This document shows positions 9,303 to 17,884 of a stretch of DNA of 25,901 nucleotides, in pieces. The DNA comes from Candidatus Hodarchaeota archaeon. GTDB taxonomy: Archaea; Asgardarchaeota; Heimdallarchaeia; Hodarchaeales; Hodarchaeaceae. Position numbers and translations under genes: made by a program. Numbering within the stretch: the stretch's first letter is position 1; every line of letters begins with the position of its first letter. The DNA lies in contig JAHQWW010000046.1 of NCBI GenBank assembly GCA_029856365.1, positions 1 through 25,901 of the forward strand, read 5' to 3'. The notes below the pieces were generated by a model, which saw only the letters and a list, made by a program, of their open reading frames with translations, did no database searches and was not told the DNA's origin.

Positions 9303-10718
9303 TTAAAGTTTGACCCCACAATAAACACAGTATTGTGTATTATGAACGATTTCGCGTCCACAGGAACTACAAGATCTCGTGGTTTTGGTACCACAATAAA
9401 CACAAAATTGTGTATTAGGGACGATCTCACGCCCACATGAGCTACAAAAATTCTGGAACTTAGCTACAGGAGTTGGATAACCATAGGGATAGCTAGGAAT
9501 CGTTGCTTCAGGAAATGTGAGGTCTGAAACCCAATCAGGTTCCTTCAAAGGGCCAGATTTTTTGAAAATGAAAAATGCTAGTATTCCAATTAAAAGAACT
9601 AAATATACAACTCTAATGACATATTGAAGAACTAATAGATTTCCATTTGACTCTCCAAAAAGGTCAAATATTAAGTCAAAAACAATGGATGCTCCCCCCT
9701 CAATTCCTATAAACCCTAAAGCAATCAAACATACTGGGAGAAAACGGGAGGAACGAATGTTCATATCAGTAAGAATTTGAACCCATGCGGGAGGGTAAGG
9801 AGACCTTCTTTTTAGTATCAATTGAATAATTACAACCACGGCCGTCACAACACCTACAATAAGGAATGTTAACACCCAAAATACGTAGAATAAGAAGAGG
9901 GTATCGTCGTTAAGTTCTTGTGACCTGACTAATCCTATCTGTGCTACAGCTGCTACTCCATTATTTAAACCATGTAAAATAATTGGCCAGATAACTCTAC
10001 GTGTTCGCATATAAATATAACCTAATGTTATTCCACCAGCAAGAGTCCCAAAAAAATGGATGATTGTAAAACCAATAGAACCAAATAATAAATCCTGAGG
10101 AGTGTGCATCAGAGAAAATAGTAGACTAGAAAAAAGCAGAACCCAAAAAGTTCCTAGACCTCGACGTTCTAAAAAGGGGATAAAAGATCTTCGAAAGACT
10201 ACTTCCTCACTTATTGAAGCTCCTATAACATACATACCAAAGAATAAGACATAAAAAAGCGGAATCCCTAGTAATTCTACAGTTGGCTCAAATGCTTCAT
10301 AAGGGCTTTTGAACGAATAACCTAACTCCTCGAAAATTGCCGCAAAAATTGCAATACAAAATGTAAACGCAGATAACAACGAATAAACAAGCAATAGTGT
10401 AATCAAATGAGAACCCGATGGCATATTCTTCTCCTCTGGTTCCACTTTCTTATTATTATATAGAAATATGAAAATTATAATGGATCCTATTTGCGCTATT
10501 ACATTGATTGCGAGATTAGCAATTGTCTGGATTGACTCAGAATCAATTTCAAGAATTTTAAGAATAGTTGCAGCGACAAGACTAAGAAGCGTTAAATATC
10601 CAGTTAAATCAGAGAATGACATAATAAATAGGATAATTGCAAAAGGATAAAGTAAATCTTTATCTTGAATTGCCGTTTCTAATTTATTTTCACTATATAA
10701 TTCATCTTGTTTATCCAT
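9303..10718 (-). CDS. CPBP (Abi / CAAX protease type II, Rce1-like) intramembrane metalloprotease with C-terminal tandem zinc ribbons
   Basis: EEVVFR, FSLMH and HGLNN motifs in a multi-TM protein; C-terminal 2x CSSCGREIVxNTQxCVYCG. Confidence 0.9.
   Translation of the reverse strand: MDKQDELYSENKLETAIQDKDLLYPFAIILFIMSFSDLTGYLTLLSLVAATILKILEIDSESIQTIANLAINVIAQIGSIIIFIFLYNNKKVEPEEKNMPSGSHLITLLLVYSLLSAFTFCIAIFAAIFEELGYSFKSPYEAFEPTVELLGIPLFYVLFFGMYVIGASISEEVVFRRSFIPFLERRGLGTFWVLLFSSLLFSLMHTPQDLLFGSIGFTIIHFFGTLAGGITLGYIYMRTRRVIWPIILHGLNNGVAAVAQIGLVRSQELNDDTLFLFYVFWVLTFLIVGVVTAVVVIIQLILKRRSPYPPAWVQILTDMNIRSSRFLPVCLIALGFIGIEGGASIVFDLIFDLFGESNGNLLVLQYVIRVVYLVLLIGILAFFIFKKSGPLKEPDWVSDLTFPEATIPSYPYGYPTPVAKFQNFCSSCGREIVPNTQFCVYCGTKTTRSCSSCGREIVHNTQYCVYCGVKL
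9316..9447. repeat. Imperfect intragenic direct repeat (about 57 bp, 75-bp period) encoding the duplicated zinc ribbon
   Basis: ccacaataaacaca...ttgtgtatta...acgat...ccaca...ctacaa at 9316-9372 and 9391-9447. Confidence 0.85.
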
Positions 10719-10752
10719 ATCTGTTCACAAATCATTTAGTTTTAGTCGATAA

Positions 10753-11685
10753 TTAATATATGAAAAAAACTCCAAAGAAGAAAGCCCCTAATGCCCACCA
10801 TAGAGACCAACGGGTATACTTACGCGCTTTCTTCCCACCTGACGAAGGGGATTCTGTAATAACTGTGATGGAAGTTATTCCCAGAATAATAACTAAAGCT
10901 ACAAGAAAAAACCAAAATACTAAGTTATTATATTCCAGAACACCTACAATTGCTGCACAAATTACAGTAACGGTAAAGAATATTATCGCAACATAAGCTG
11001 CATTTTTAGGACCAAATTTAACTGCCAACGAGTTGAGATTAGATTTTAGGTCTCCTTCATAATCTTGGATATCTTTAACAATTTCTCTCCCAGTTGCCAA
11101 GAAAAATGTAGCAGCCATCATTAACAAACAGCTCAGGATAATTATATCATCTTGGGGTCTTAACAGGAAGAAACCTATAAAGAGAGGAGCAACGTAACCA
11201 ATTGAGACCCACATATTGCCAAAAAAACCATATCTTTTGACATAATTATATCCAACTCCTACAATCACACAGAATAACGTTGTGAGTACAAGAAATATTG
11301 TAACATCAAACGCAATTACTAAAATTGCTGAAATTAGAATTGAAATAGAATACATAACAATACATAATATCATCACATATTCAGGTGAAAAAGCCCCCCG
11401 AGCTATTGGACGATCGAATCTCTTATTTGCAATGTCTGTCTCAACATCATAAACATCATTTGTAGCTTCTATAGCAGAAGCAAGTAATAGGGTCGCAAGC
11501 ATCCCCAAGCTCAAACCTTGGATGTTTATAACACCATTCTCGAATAGGAATAAGCCAAAATCTGGAGGATCGCCTCTTAGCACAAACACGATAAAACCAG
11601 CTGCCAATACCGTAATAGAACTTAAAATACCTAATGAAAATCTGAATAAGTCCATGTAGTCCTTAATTCGCGTTTTTACTGCCAT
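10753..11685 (-). CDS. UbiA family prenyltransferase, digeranylgeranylglyceryl phosphate synthase (DGGGPS)-like
   Basis: NDVYDVETD..NKRFDRPIARG, YNYVKRYGFFGN and REIVKDIQDYEGD (DGGGPS-type second acidic motif); multi-TM. Confidence 0.88.
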   Translation of the reverse strand: MAVKTRIKDYMDLFRFSLGILSSITVLAAGFIVFVLRGDPPDFGLFLFENGVINIQGLSLGMLATLLLASAIEATNDVYDVETDIANKRFDRPIARGAFSPEYVMILCIVMYSISILISAILVIAFDVTIFLVLTTLFCVIVGVGYNYVKRYGFFGNMWVSIGYVAPLFIGFFLLRPQDDIIILSCLLMMAATFFLATGREIVKDIQDYEGDLKSNLNSLAVKFGPKNAAYVAIIFFTVTVICAAIVGVLEYNNLVFWFFLVALVIILGITSITVITESPSSGGKKARKYTRWSLWWALGAFFFGVFFIY

Positions 11686-11702
11686 AATTTTATCTTTCCA
11701 CT

Positions 11703-14015
11703 TTAATAGCGCTCTTTTTCTTTCATTGACTGATTTAGGTAGTTATTGACGACGTTCTTTTCAGTTTTGCCAAGGTAAAACCAATCAAAAATTAAGTCAT
11801 CAATAATTTCTTGTTTATTAGAAAAATCTGCTTCAGGATTTGCTTTTAATAATCCAATTATTTCATTCACCTTCTCTACTACTTGATTTTTTAACTTCTC
11901 GAAAAAACTATTTTTCTCCTTGGTAGTCGGTAATCGGATTGGTAGTCTTTTAAAATCCTCTGGAGTGGCATGTCCGCTCATACCACCAAGAGAAGTATTG
12001 ATAACTTTCCCTAGGAAGTAACTAGCAAGTTTCGAATTCAAATAACCTAGAATAAACTCGGTTTCCAATGTTATTCCATATAACAGATTACTATTCCCAG
12101 CCACAATAGAATGTTCAACTAGAGTTGCTTTTATTATACCTTCGTGTGCATTTGTTGTTATTCCCCTCTTGAAGTATAGATGAGGATTTCGAAAGACTGC
12201 TTTTCTCCCTCTTGATTCTCTCGCCTTTTTTTTTATTTGATTGACTGAATCAACACTCCAATCGATATACCATCCCTCTGTACCCCAATAAGGAAAGTAT
12301 GAACCTCTTTCAAAAGGAACTAGAAATTTTTTTCCCACAATGCCATTATGTCTATAGCATTCTAATGTCTCTTCATCTAAATCAGCTAGATTTATAATTT
12401 TGCCAGCATTAAGAACCCGATATTTTTCAACTTTCGTACTATGTTGGTGTTTTAATTTTTCCCAGAGTGGTGAATCCTGTATGATCACCAAGTGAGAATA
12501 ATTATCACCAGTTGAAATACCTTCCCCTCCACCAATATGGTGTCTTAATTCTTCATATTTCCAACCTTTAATAATATTGGTTGATTTCATTGAATTAGTG
12601 AATCTCATTATTTTAACAAATTTAGGATTTACATTAATCCAGAATGGATTTCCATTTATTCCCTCGTATTCTGCCTGATTAATAAACTGAACGCGATTTT
12701 TTTGGGGAATGAAATAATCTGATTGATTCTTAAGGCGATCAACCAATCTAATTCTATTGCTTCTTCGATCACGGCAAGATACACATTCACAATGACTTTT
12801 AATCTGTTGCTTAGAGTTTGTTGCCTCGTGACTATATCCCTTCTCACATAATTGCTTAGTTAAAGTGATTATACAAGTTCGTGAGATTGTCATTGGTCTG
12901 AAAAGGTCAATAGGGGCAAGTAAAATTTCATTAATCTTACAAGTGTCTAAGATCAGTCGTCTAAGGGTGGTATGAGATCGTAACGAGAGAAAAGTATCAC
13001 TGATTAAGAAACAAATTCGACCTCCATTTTTCACTCTCCTTACAGCATTTGCCAGAAAATATCCATAAAGGTCATTTCCACTTATTTTATAGCTATAAAC
13101 GCTCGCTTGGTCTCTATAGATTTTTTGATACAATTTTCTATCTTCAGAGGAAATTCTTTTCCCGTAGGGGGGATTTCCAATAATACAATCGTAGCCATCG
13201 CTATCGGTAACACCATTAAGATCCATTAATTTTAGAGTATCAGAGTTGGTTATTGTTGATCTACTTTTTATTTGCTCCCCAATACATAAAAAGGTTATTC
13301 GAAGATTTGAAAGAAGTACGGCAAATGGGTCAATATCGTTGCCCCAAACTTGAGAAATTGCCCTTTGAGTAGCGCTGATTTCGTCACTTCCTTGATTAAA
13401 GAGTTTTTCCTTAATCTGAGTAATACTTGCCTCTAGAAAATGTCCACTTCCGCAAGCAGGGTCGAAAACGGTTGAAACTGAAGATAGATTTAGTTTTGAC
13501 ACCATATAATCTACTGTTTCTCTAGGAGTGTAAAACGCCCCAAGAGCTTGTTGACGATGACATAATCTCAAAAGTTCTTGGTAAATCGCTCCTAATTGAT
13601 GGTAACTTAGTTTTTCAAAGTTATATCTTTTAAAATACTTAATTAAAGTCGTTTTTGTTTTCTGTGTAGGATTTAGATAATCGAAATCCGTTTTTGGAAG
13701 GTTGAGTTGAAAGTCAGATGCATTATTTCTACTATTAAGATATCTATATAGAATTTGCTTACTTAAATAATTTAATGAGGCTCGGGATACAATCTCTCTT
13801 TCTATTTTCTTTTCAGAATTGAAAAATGTTTCTTGTTTAAATTGAGAGAGTAATTTTGTTAAGGATTCATGAGTGTCTTCCTTATATTCTTTCCCATCCA
13901 AATCTGTAAGCTCTCTCTGGATTATTCGCTTGATTTGACTAGTTAAAGACTCTTGGACAGCAGAAGTGATTACAGGAAGTTCTCGTATTAAGTTTTTAAA
14001 TGAATGATCAGTCAT
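11703..14015 (-). CDS. Orphan N6-adenine DNA methyltransferase with a C-terminal target-recognition region (Eco57I/PglX-like)
   Basis: GAFYTP, FDPACGSGHF (SAM binding), GNDID, IGNPPY (catalytic), DLYGYF and LGYLNS; no recognisable nuclease domain. Confidence 0.88.
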   Translation of the reverse strand: MTDHSFKNLIRELPVITSAVQESLTSQIKRIIQRELTDLDGKEYKEDTHESLTKLLSQFKQETFFNSEKKIEREIVSRASLNYLSKQILYRYLNSRNNASDFQLNLPKTDFDYLNPTQKTKTTLIKYFKRYNFEKLSYHQLGAIYQELLRLCHRQQALGAFYTPRETVDYMVSKLNLSSVSTVFDPACGSGHFLEASITQIKEKLFNQGSDEISATQRAISQVWGNDIDPFAVLLSNLRITFLCIGEQIKSRSTITNSDTLKLMDLNGVTDSDGYDCIIGNPPYGKRISSEDRKLYQKIYRDQASVYSYKISGNDLYGYFLANAVRRVKNGGRICFLISDTFLSLRSHTTLRRLILDTCKINEILLAPIDLFRPMTISRTCIITLTKQLCEKGYSHEATNSKQQIKSHCECVSCRDRRSNRIRLVDRLKNQSDYFIPQKNRVQFINQAEYEGINGNPFWINVNPKFVKIMRFTNSMKSTNIIKGWKYEELRHHIGGGEGISTGDNYSHLVIIQDSPLWEKLKHQHSTKVEKYRVLNAGKIINLADLDEETLECYRHNGIVGKKFLVPFERGSYFPYWGTEGWYIDWSVDSVNQIKKKARESRGRKAVFRNPHLYFKRGITTNAHEGIIKATLVEHSIVAGNSNLLYGITLETEFILGYLNSKLASYFLGKVINTSLGGMSGHATPEDFKRLPIRLPTTKEKNSFFEKLKNQVVEKVNEIIGLLKANPEADFSNKQEIIDDLIFDWFYLGKTEKNVVNNYLNQSMKEKERY

Positions 14016-14021
14016 TATTGA

Positions 14022-15560
14022 TCAATCAATATACAGAATTGCTTCTAATGCTCTCTTCCAACGAGTTATTTTTTCAACACGTTTTTGAGAATCCAGGGAG
14101 GGATGAAAGTGTTGTGGCTCCATCTTTGAATATATCTCTTTTAGCTGCTTTTTGTCTTGCCAAAAGCCAACACTTAATCCTGCTAGGTATGCTGCTCCAG
14201 TCGCAGTCATGTCTGGTTCTGGGGCACGTATAACTTCCAAATTAGCAAAATCAGCAAGGCATTGCATCATAATATCTGATTTTGAAACTCCACCATCAGC
14301 TCTAAGCGAACGAATTGGTATTTTAGTATCCTTTTCTAAACCCTCAAGAATATCTACAAGTCGAAGCGCTATTCCTTCAAAAACAGCTCTTGCTACATGG
14401 CTACGATGTGTGTTTAATGATAATCCCAAAATGGTTCCTCGTGCATTAGGAAAAAAGTAAGGGAATCGTATCCCTGAAGGTGTTGGTATAAAAATTACTC
14501 CCTCTGTATCCTCACACTTTGCTGCATATTCATTCAGAATTTTTGGTGTATCACTTAACCCAATTCCTTGGCCAAGCCAGTCTATCAATGTACCTGCAGT
14601 AGCAACAAATCCCTCAAGCATATATGTTCCCCTTCCATTAATTACCCACGCAACAAGAGGAAATAAACCTCGTTTTGAGAGCTTTCCTGTTTTCCCTACG
14701 TTCATATCAACAAAACTCCCTGATCCTTGAGAGATTTTTACATCTCCTTGTTCAAAACAACATTGTCCAAAGAGGGCAGCCTGTTGGTCACCACACGCAG
14801 CGCGAATTTGAATCTCAGCTCCGTGAAATAAATTAGGATCAGTAGTTCCATAGTTGCCGTTCGTATCTTTTAATTCAGGAAGAATTTCTAATGGAATGTT
14901 AAAAATGTTTAAAATGGGTTTATTCCATTTTAGTTGAAAGGGATTTAAGAGTCCTGTTGCTGCATTACTATAATCAGAAGCATGAACTTTTCCCCCTGTT
15001 AATTTGTAAATAAACCAAGAATCAATAGTTCCAAAGGCTATCTCTCCTACTTTACATCGTTCGTAAAGGCCTTCAATATTATCTAAGACCCAACATAGCC
15101 GTACAGTAACATGATCTGTGGTGTAATTAAGCATAGAAGTTGCAGTAAGCATGGTATTTCGGGTAATTCTACACGCGACCCAAGCAAACTTCTTTAAAAG
15201 CCGCCATTTCTTATTTTTATTCATCTGATTGCATGTATCTACTGCACGAACATCAGCCCAGTTAATGAAGTTGATAACAGGTTTTCCAGTGTCTCTTTCC
15301 CAAAGTGTGAAGCTAGCACGTTGATTTGCAATTCCAATTGCTGCAATATCCTTTGGAGATACCTCTGGGTTCTCAAAGATTCGATTGACAATTGTAATTA
15401 ATGATTGCCAAAGCTCGATAGGATCATGTTCAATCCACCCTACTTTTGGATAAAGCGCCGTTGTTTTTTGATACTCACGGGCAATTATTTCTCCCTTTTT
15501 GTTAAACAGAACTGCTCGAATACCAGTTGATCCACTATCAATTGCCAGAATGTAATGCAT
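14022..15560 (-). CDS. glpK: FGGY family glycerol kinase, GK5-like subtype
   Basis: AIDSGSTG, NQRAS, FGTIDSW, GDQQAALFGQCC, LRADGGVS and TGAAYLAGLSVGFW. Confidence 0.88.
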   Translation of the reverse strand: MHYILAIDSGSTGIRAVLFNKKGEIIAREYQKTTALYPKVGWIEHDPIELWQSLITIVNRIFENPEVSPKDIAAIGIANQRASFTLWERDTGKPVINFINWADVRAVDTCNQMNKNKKWRLLKKFAWVACRITRNTMLTATSMLNYTTDHVTVRLCWVLDNIEGLYERCKVGEIAFGTIDSWFIYKLTGGKVHASDYSNAATGLLNPFQLKWNKPILNIFNIPLEILPELKDTNGNYGTTDPNLFHGAEIQIRAACGDQQAALFGQCCFEQGDVKISQGSGSFVDMNVGKTGKLSKRGLFPLVAWVINGRGTYMLEGFVATAGTLIDWLGQGIGLSDTPKILNEYAAKCEDTEGVIFIPTPSGIRFPYFFPNARGTILGLSLNTHRSHVARAVFEGIALRLVDILEGLEKDTKIPIRSLRADGGVSKSDIMMQCLADFANLEVIRAPEPDMTATGAAYLAGLSVGFWQDKKQLKEIYSKMEPQHFHPSLDSQKRVEKITRWKRALEAILYID

Positions 15561-15787
15561 ATTGATCTCTTCAATTTTTAGAAACTTTTAATCTTGAGGA
15601 AATGATTATTGCAATTTTCACTCCTCTGTTTTCTTTCAATTTAGTCACATTATAAATATATCTCGAAAAAAATGTGTCAGATAAGGAGGATTTTTTAAGT
15701 GGCAAATCTTCAGCTTAATTGTAAATTTTCATTTGTTGACTGGAATATTTCTCTTAAGATTTAAGTAAAATATAAAGTGATTAAAAC

Positions 15788-17056
15788 ATGCCAGAACAAC
15801 AAAAAGTGTTTATTGCCGGAGGCACCACCACACCCTTTGATTATCCATTAAATCTTCAAATTGAAGAGATGGTGGCGAATTGTATCCGGCAACTCTATAA
15901 AGATGTCCCTGAGTTTCATCTGAAGGATGTCAGGGATAACGGAATGGTAGTTTACTCCCATTTCTCAGTCCACTTTAGTCATCAGTTAACTGCTTATTGG
16001 ATTTTGCACGATCATCTTGGACTTGTAGGTGTTCCCCACTTTCGAATCGATAATGGTGGCAATACGGGTGGCTCCGCTTTGTATGCTGCCTATGCTCTTG
16101 TGCGAGCAGGGCTCGCAGATGTTGTTCCAGTAATCGGATACGAATTAATGGGTTCTGTTTCACAAAGTAAAGGATCAGAATTCATTGCCATTGCGTCAGA
16201 TACTAGATATGAAGCAATGCTTGGAGCCAATTATACCAATTACTATGCAGGATTAGCACGGGTTTTTATGGAAGAATATGGATTAACAGAAGAAGATTTC
16301 GCTGAAATAGCAGCCAAAAATAAAAATAATGCCGTAGCCACAGGTGAAAAAGCTCAGCATTATCGTAAAGTCGGAAATAAATTGACTGTTGAAGATGTCA
16401 TGAATAGCCGATTAATTTCCTATCCACTAAAAAAATGGGATTGTTGTTTTATGTCTGAGGGAGCCGCAACAGTCTTAGTGTGCAATGAACAGTTTGCTAA
16501 GCAATATTCTCCTGACTATTATGTTGAGATTGTTGGAGCAGGTTTATCATCTTGCACTATTCGTGCAGGTGATCGTTATGCCTTTCCAGGATGGACAGAA
16601 CGATACGGGGAAGGTTACCCTGGACTAGGAGAATTCGCTGCATGTCGTCATTCCGCGGAAGTCGCGTTCAAAATGGCTGGTATCGAATGGAAAGATTCCT
16701 ACAAATATTTAGACGTAGCAGAAGTACATGATGCCTTCTCAACCTCTGAATTCCAAATATACAATGCTCTTGGTTGGTGTCAGTCAATTACGCCAAAACA
16801 ATTCATTCGAGACAGAATGCCCATGATGGAAGGCGAAATTCCCACAAACCCTGGTGGTGGGCTTATTGGTTACGGACACCCAGTTGGGGCTACTGGATTA
16901 ATGTCTACTGTCGAATGTTACTACCAGCTCGCAGGTTTGATTTCAAGAGAGCACAGATCAACAGATAATGAAGTAAAAGATGCTGAAGTTGGTTTAGTCA
17001 ATTCTCATGCAGGGACAGGAACATCAATTAGCAATTTCATATTAAAGAGAGTGTGA
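15788..17056 (+). CDS. SCP2-type thiolase-fold protein lacking the nucleophilic cysteine
   Basis: AKNKNNA, DCCFMSEGAA, EVHDAF, NPGGGLIGYGHPVGATG and SHAGTG; the nucleophile loop reads DNGGNTGG instead of xxACASG. Confidence 0.88.
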   Translation: MPEQQKVFIAGGTTTPFDYPLNLQIEEMVANCIRQLYKDVPEFHLKDVRDNGMVVYSHFSVHFSHQLTAYWILHDHLGLVGVPHFRIDNGGNTGGSALYAAYALVRAGLADVVPVIGYELMGSVSQSKGSEFIAIASDTRYEAMLGANYTNYYAGLARVFMEEYGLTEEDFAEIAAKNKNNAVATGEKAQHYRKVGNKLTVEDVMNSRLISYPLKKWDCCFMSEGAATVLVCNEQFAKQYSPDYYVEIVGAGLSSCTIRAGDRYAFPGWTERYGEGYPGLGEFAACRHSAEVAFKMAGIEWKDSYKYLDVAEVHDAFSTSEFQIYNALGWCQSITPKQFIRDRMPMMEGEIPTNPGGGLIGYGHPVGATGLMSTVECYYQLAGLISREHRSTDNEVKDAEVGLVNSHAGTGTSISNFILKRV

Positions 17057-17061
17057 GGTGA

Positions 17062-17733
17062 ATGTTGATGGAAAAGAATTTACATCCAACCCCAAATAAC
17101 AAAGATTTTATCTGGGAAAAATGGATTAAACTAAATGAAAAAATTCCTGAAAAAGGTTGGACATGGCAGAATGTTCGCTCAGGTATTGCGGGGAACGTCG
17201 AATGGATAGAGCAGCAAATCTATTATGACATGTTATATACTTTCAGGTTAGGTGCCTTAAGTCCATACGCTAAAGGATTACTAGAAGGAAAACTACTTGG
17301 TACAAAATGTCCAAAGTGTGGTGACATAACATTTCCTCCTCGAGTCAATTGCTGGCGGCTTGACTGTAATCTTGAAATAACAGAGTGGATCGAAATGCCA
17401 CATTCGGGAATTCTACATACTTTCACCATCTGTGGCTTTGCTGCCAAAAGTGCGTTGAAGAAGTTACCTTTTGTTCTTGCATATGTTCTTGTTGGGAAGA
17501 GTAAGACTGCAATTGCGAACATATTAAAAATAGCAGAACCTTGGCACGTGGAATCAGATATGCCAGTCATTGTAAAGTTTACTGAGAAGAAGCGAGTCGG
17601 TAACCTTATTGACTTCTGGTTTGAACCAGATCCAAGCTGGCATCCATCTCCAATGACTCCTGAAAAGGAACGAATTAAAAAATTATGTGAACCTGTTTAT
17701 GAATGGATTAAGATATTAAAGAGGAGTATTTAG
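17062..17733 (+). CDS. DUF35 family zinc-ribbon / OB-fold protein (thiolase partner)
   Basis: GKLLGTKCPKCG..FPPRVNCWRLDC, EWIEMPHSGILHTFT and PFVLAYV; GAGGTG SD overlapping the thiolase stop. Confidence 0.9.
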   Translation: MLMEKNLHPTPNNKDFIWEKWIKLNEKIPEKGWTWQNVRSGIAGNVEWIEQQIYYDMLYTFRLGALSPYAKGLLEGKLLGTKCPKCGDITFPPRVNCWRLDCNLEITEWIEMPHSGILHTFTICGFAAKSALKKLPFVLAYVLVGKSKTAIANILKIAEPWHVESDMPVIVKFTEKKRVGNLIDFWFEPDPSWHPSPMTPEKERIKKLCEPVYEWIKILKRSI

Positions 17734-17734
17734 T

Positions 17735-17752
17735 CTTTTTCACATTTTTTTG
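17735..17752 (+). terminator. T-rich terminator candidate after DUF35
   Basis: tctttttcacattttttt directly after the stop codon. Confidence 0.4.
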
Positions 17753-17884
17753 ATTATTCTTTAGAATTTAGTTATGTACGTTAAATCATAATCGAACTGA
17801 ATTGATTAGATAATTTTAATTATAAAAATAGTATATAATGAAAAAGATCATATTTTAAAAATCTAGGTAATAGAATTAGCAATC

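Noticed and set aside
9316-9447. CRISPR-like repeat-spacer pattern
   Set aside because: Only two imperfect units, in frame within a CDS, explained by zinc-ribbon duplication; no cas genes
11703-14015. Complete restriction-modification or BREX defence island
   Set aside because: No nuclease, PglZ, BrxC, BrxL, integrase or flanking repeats in the window
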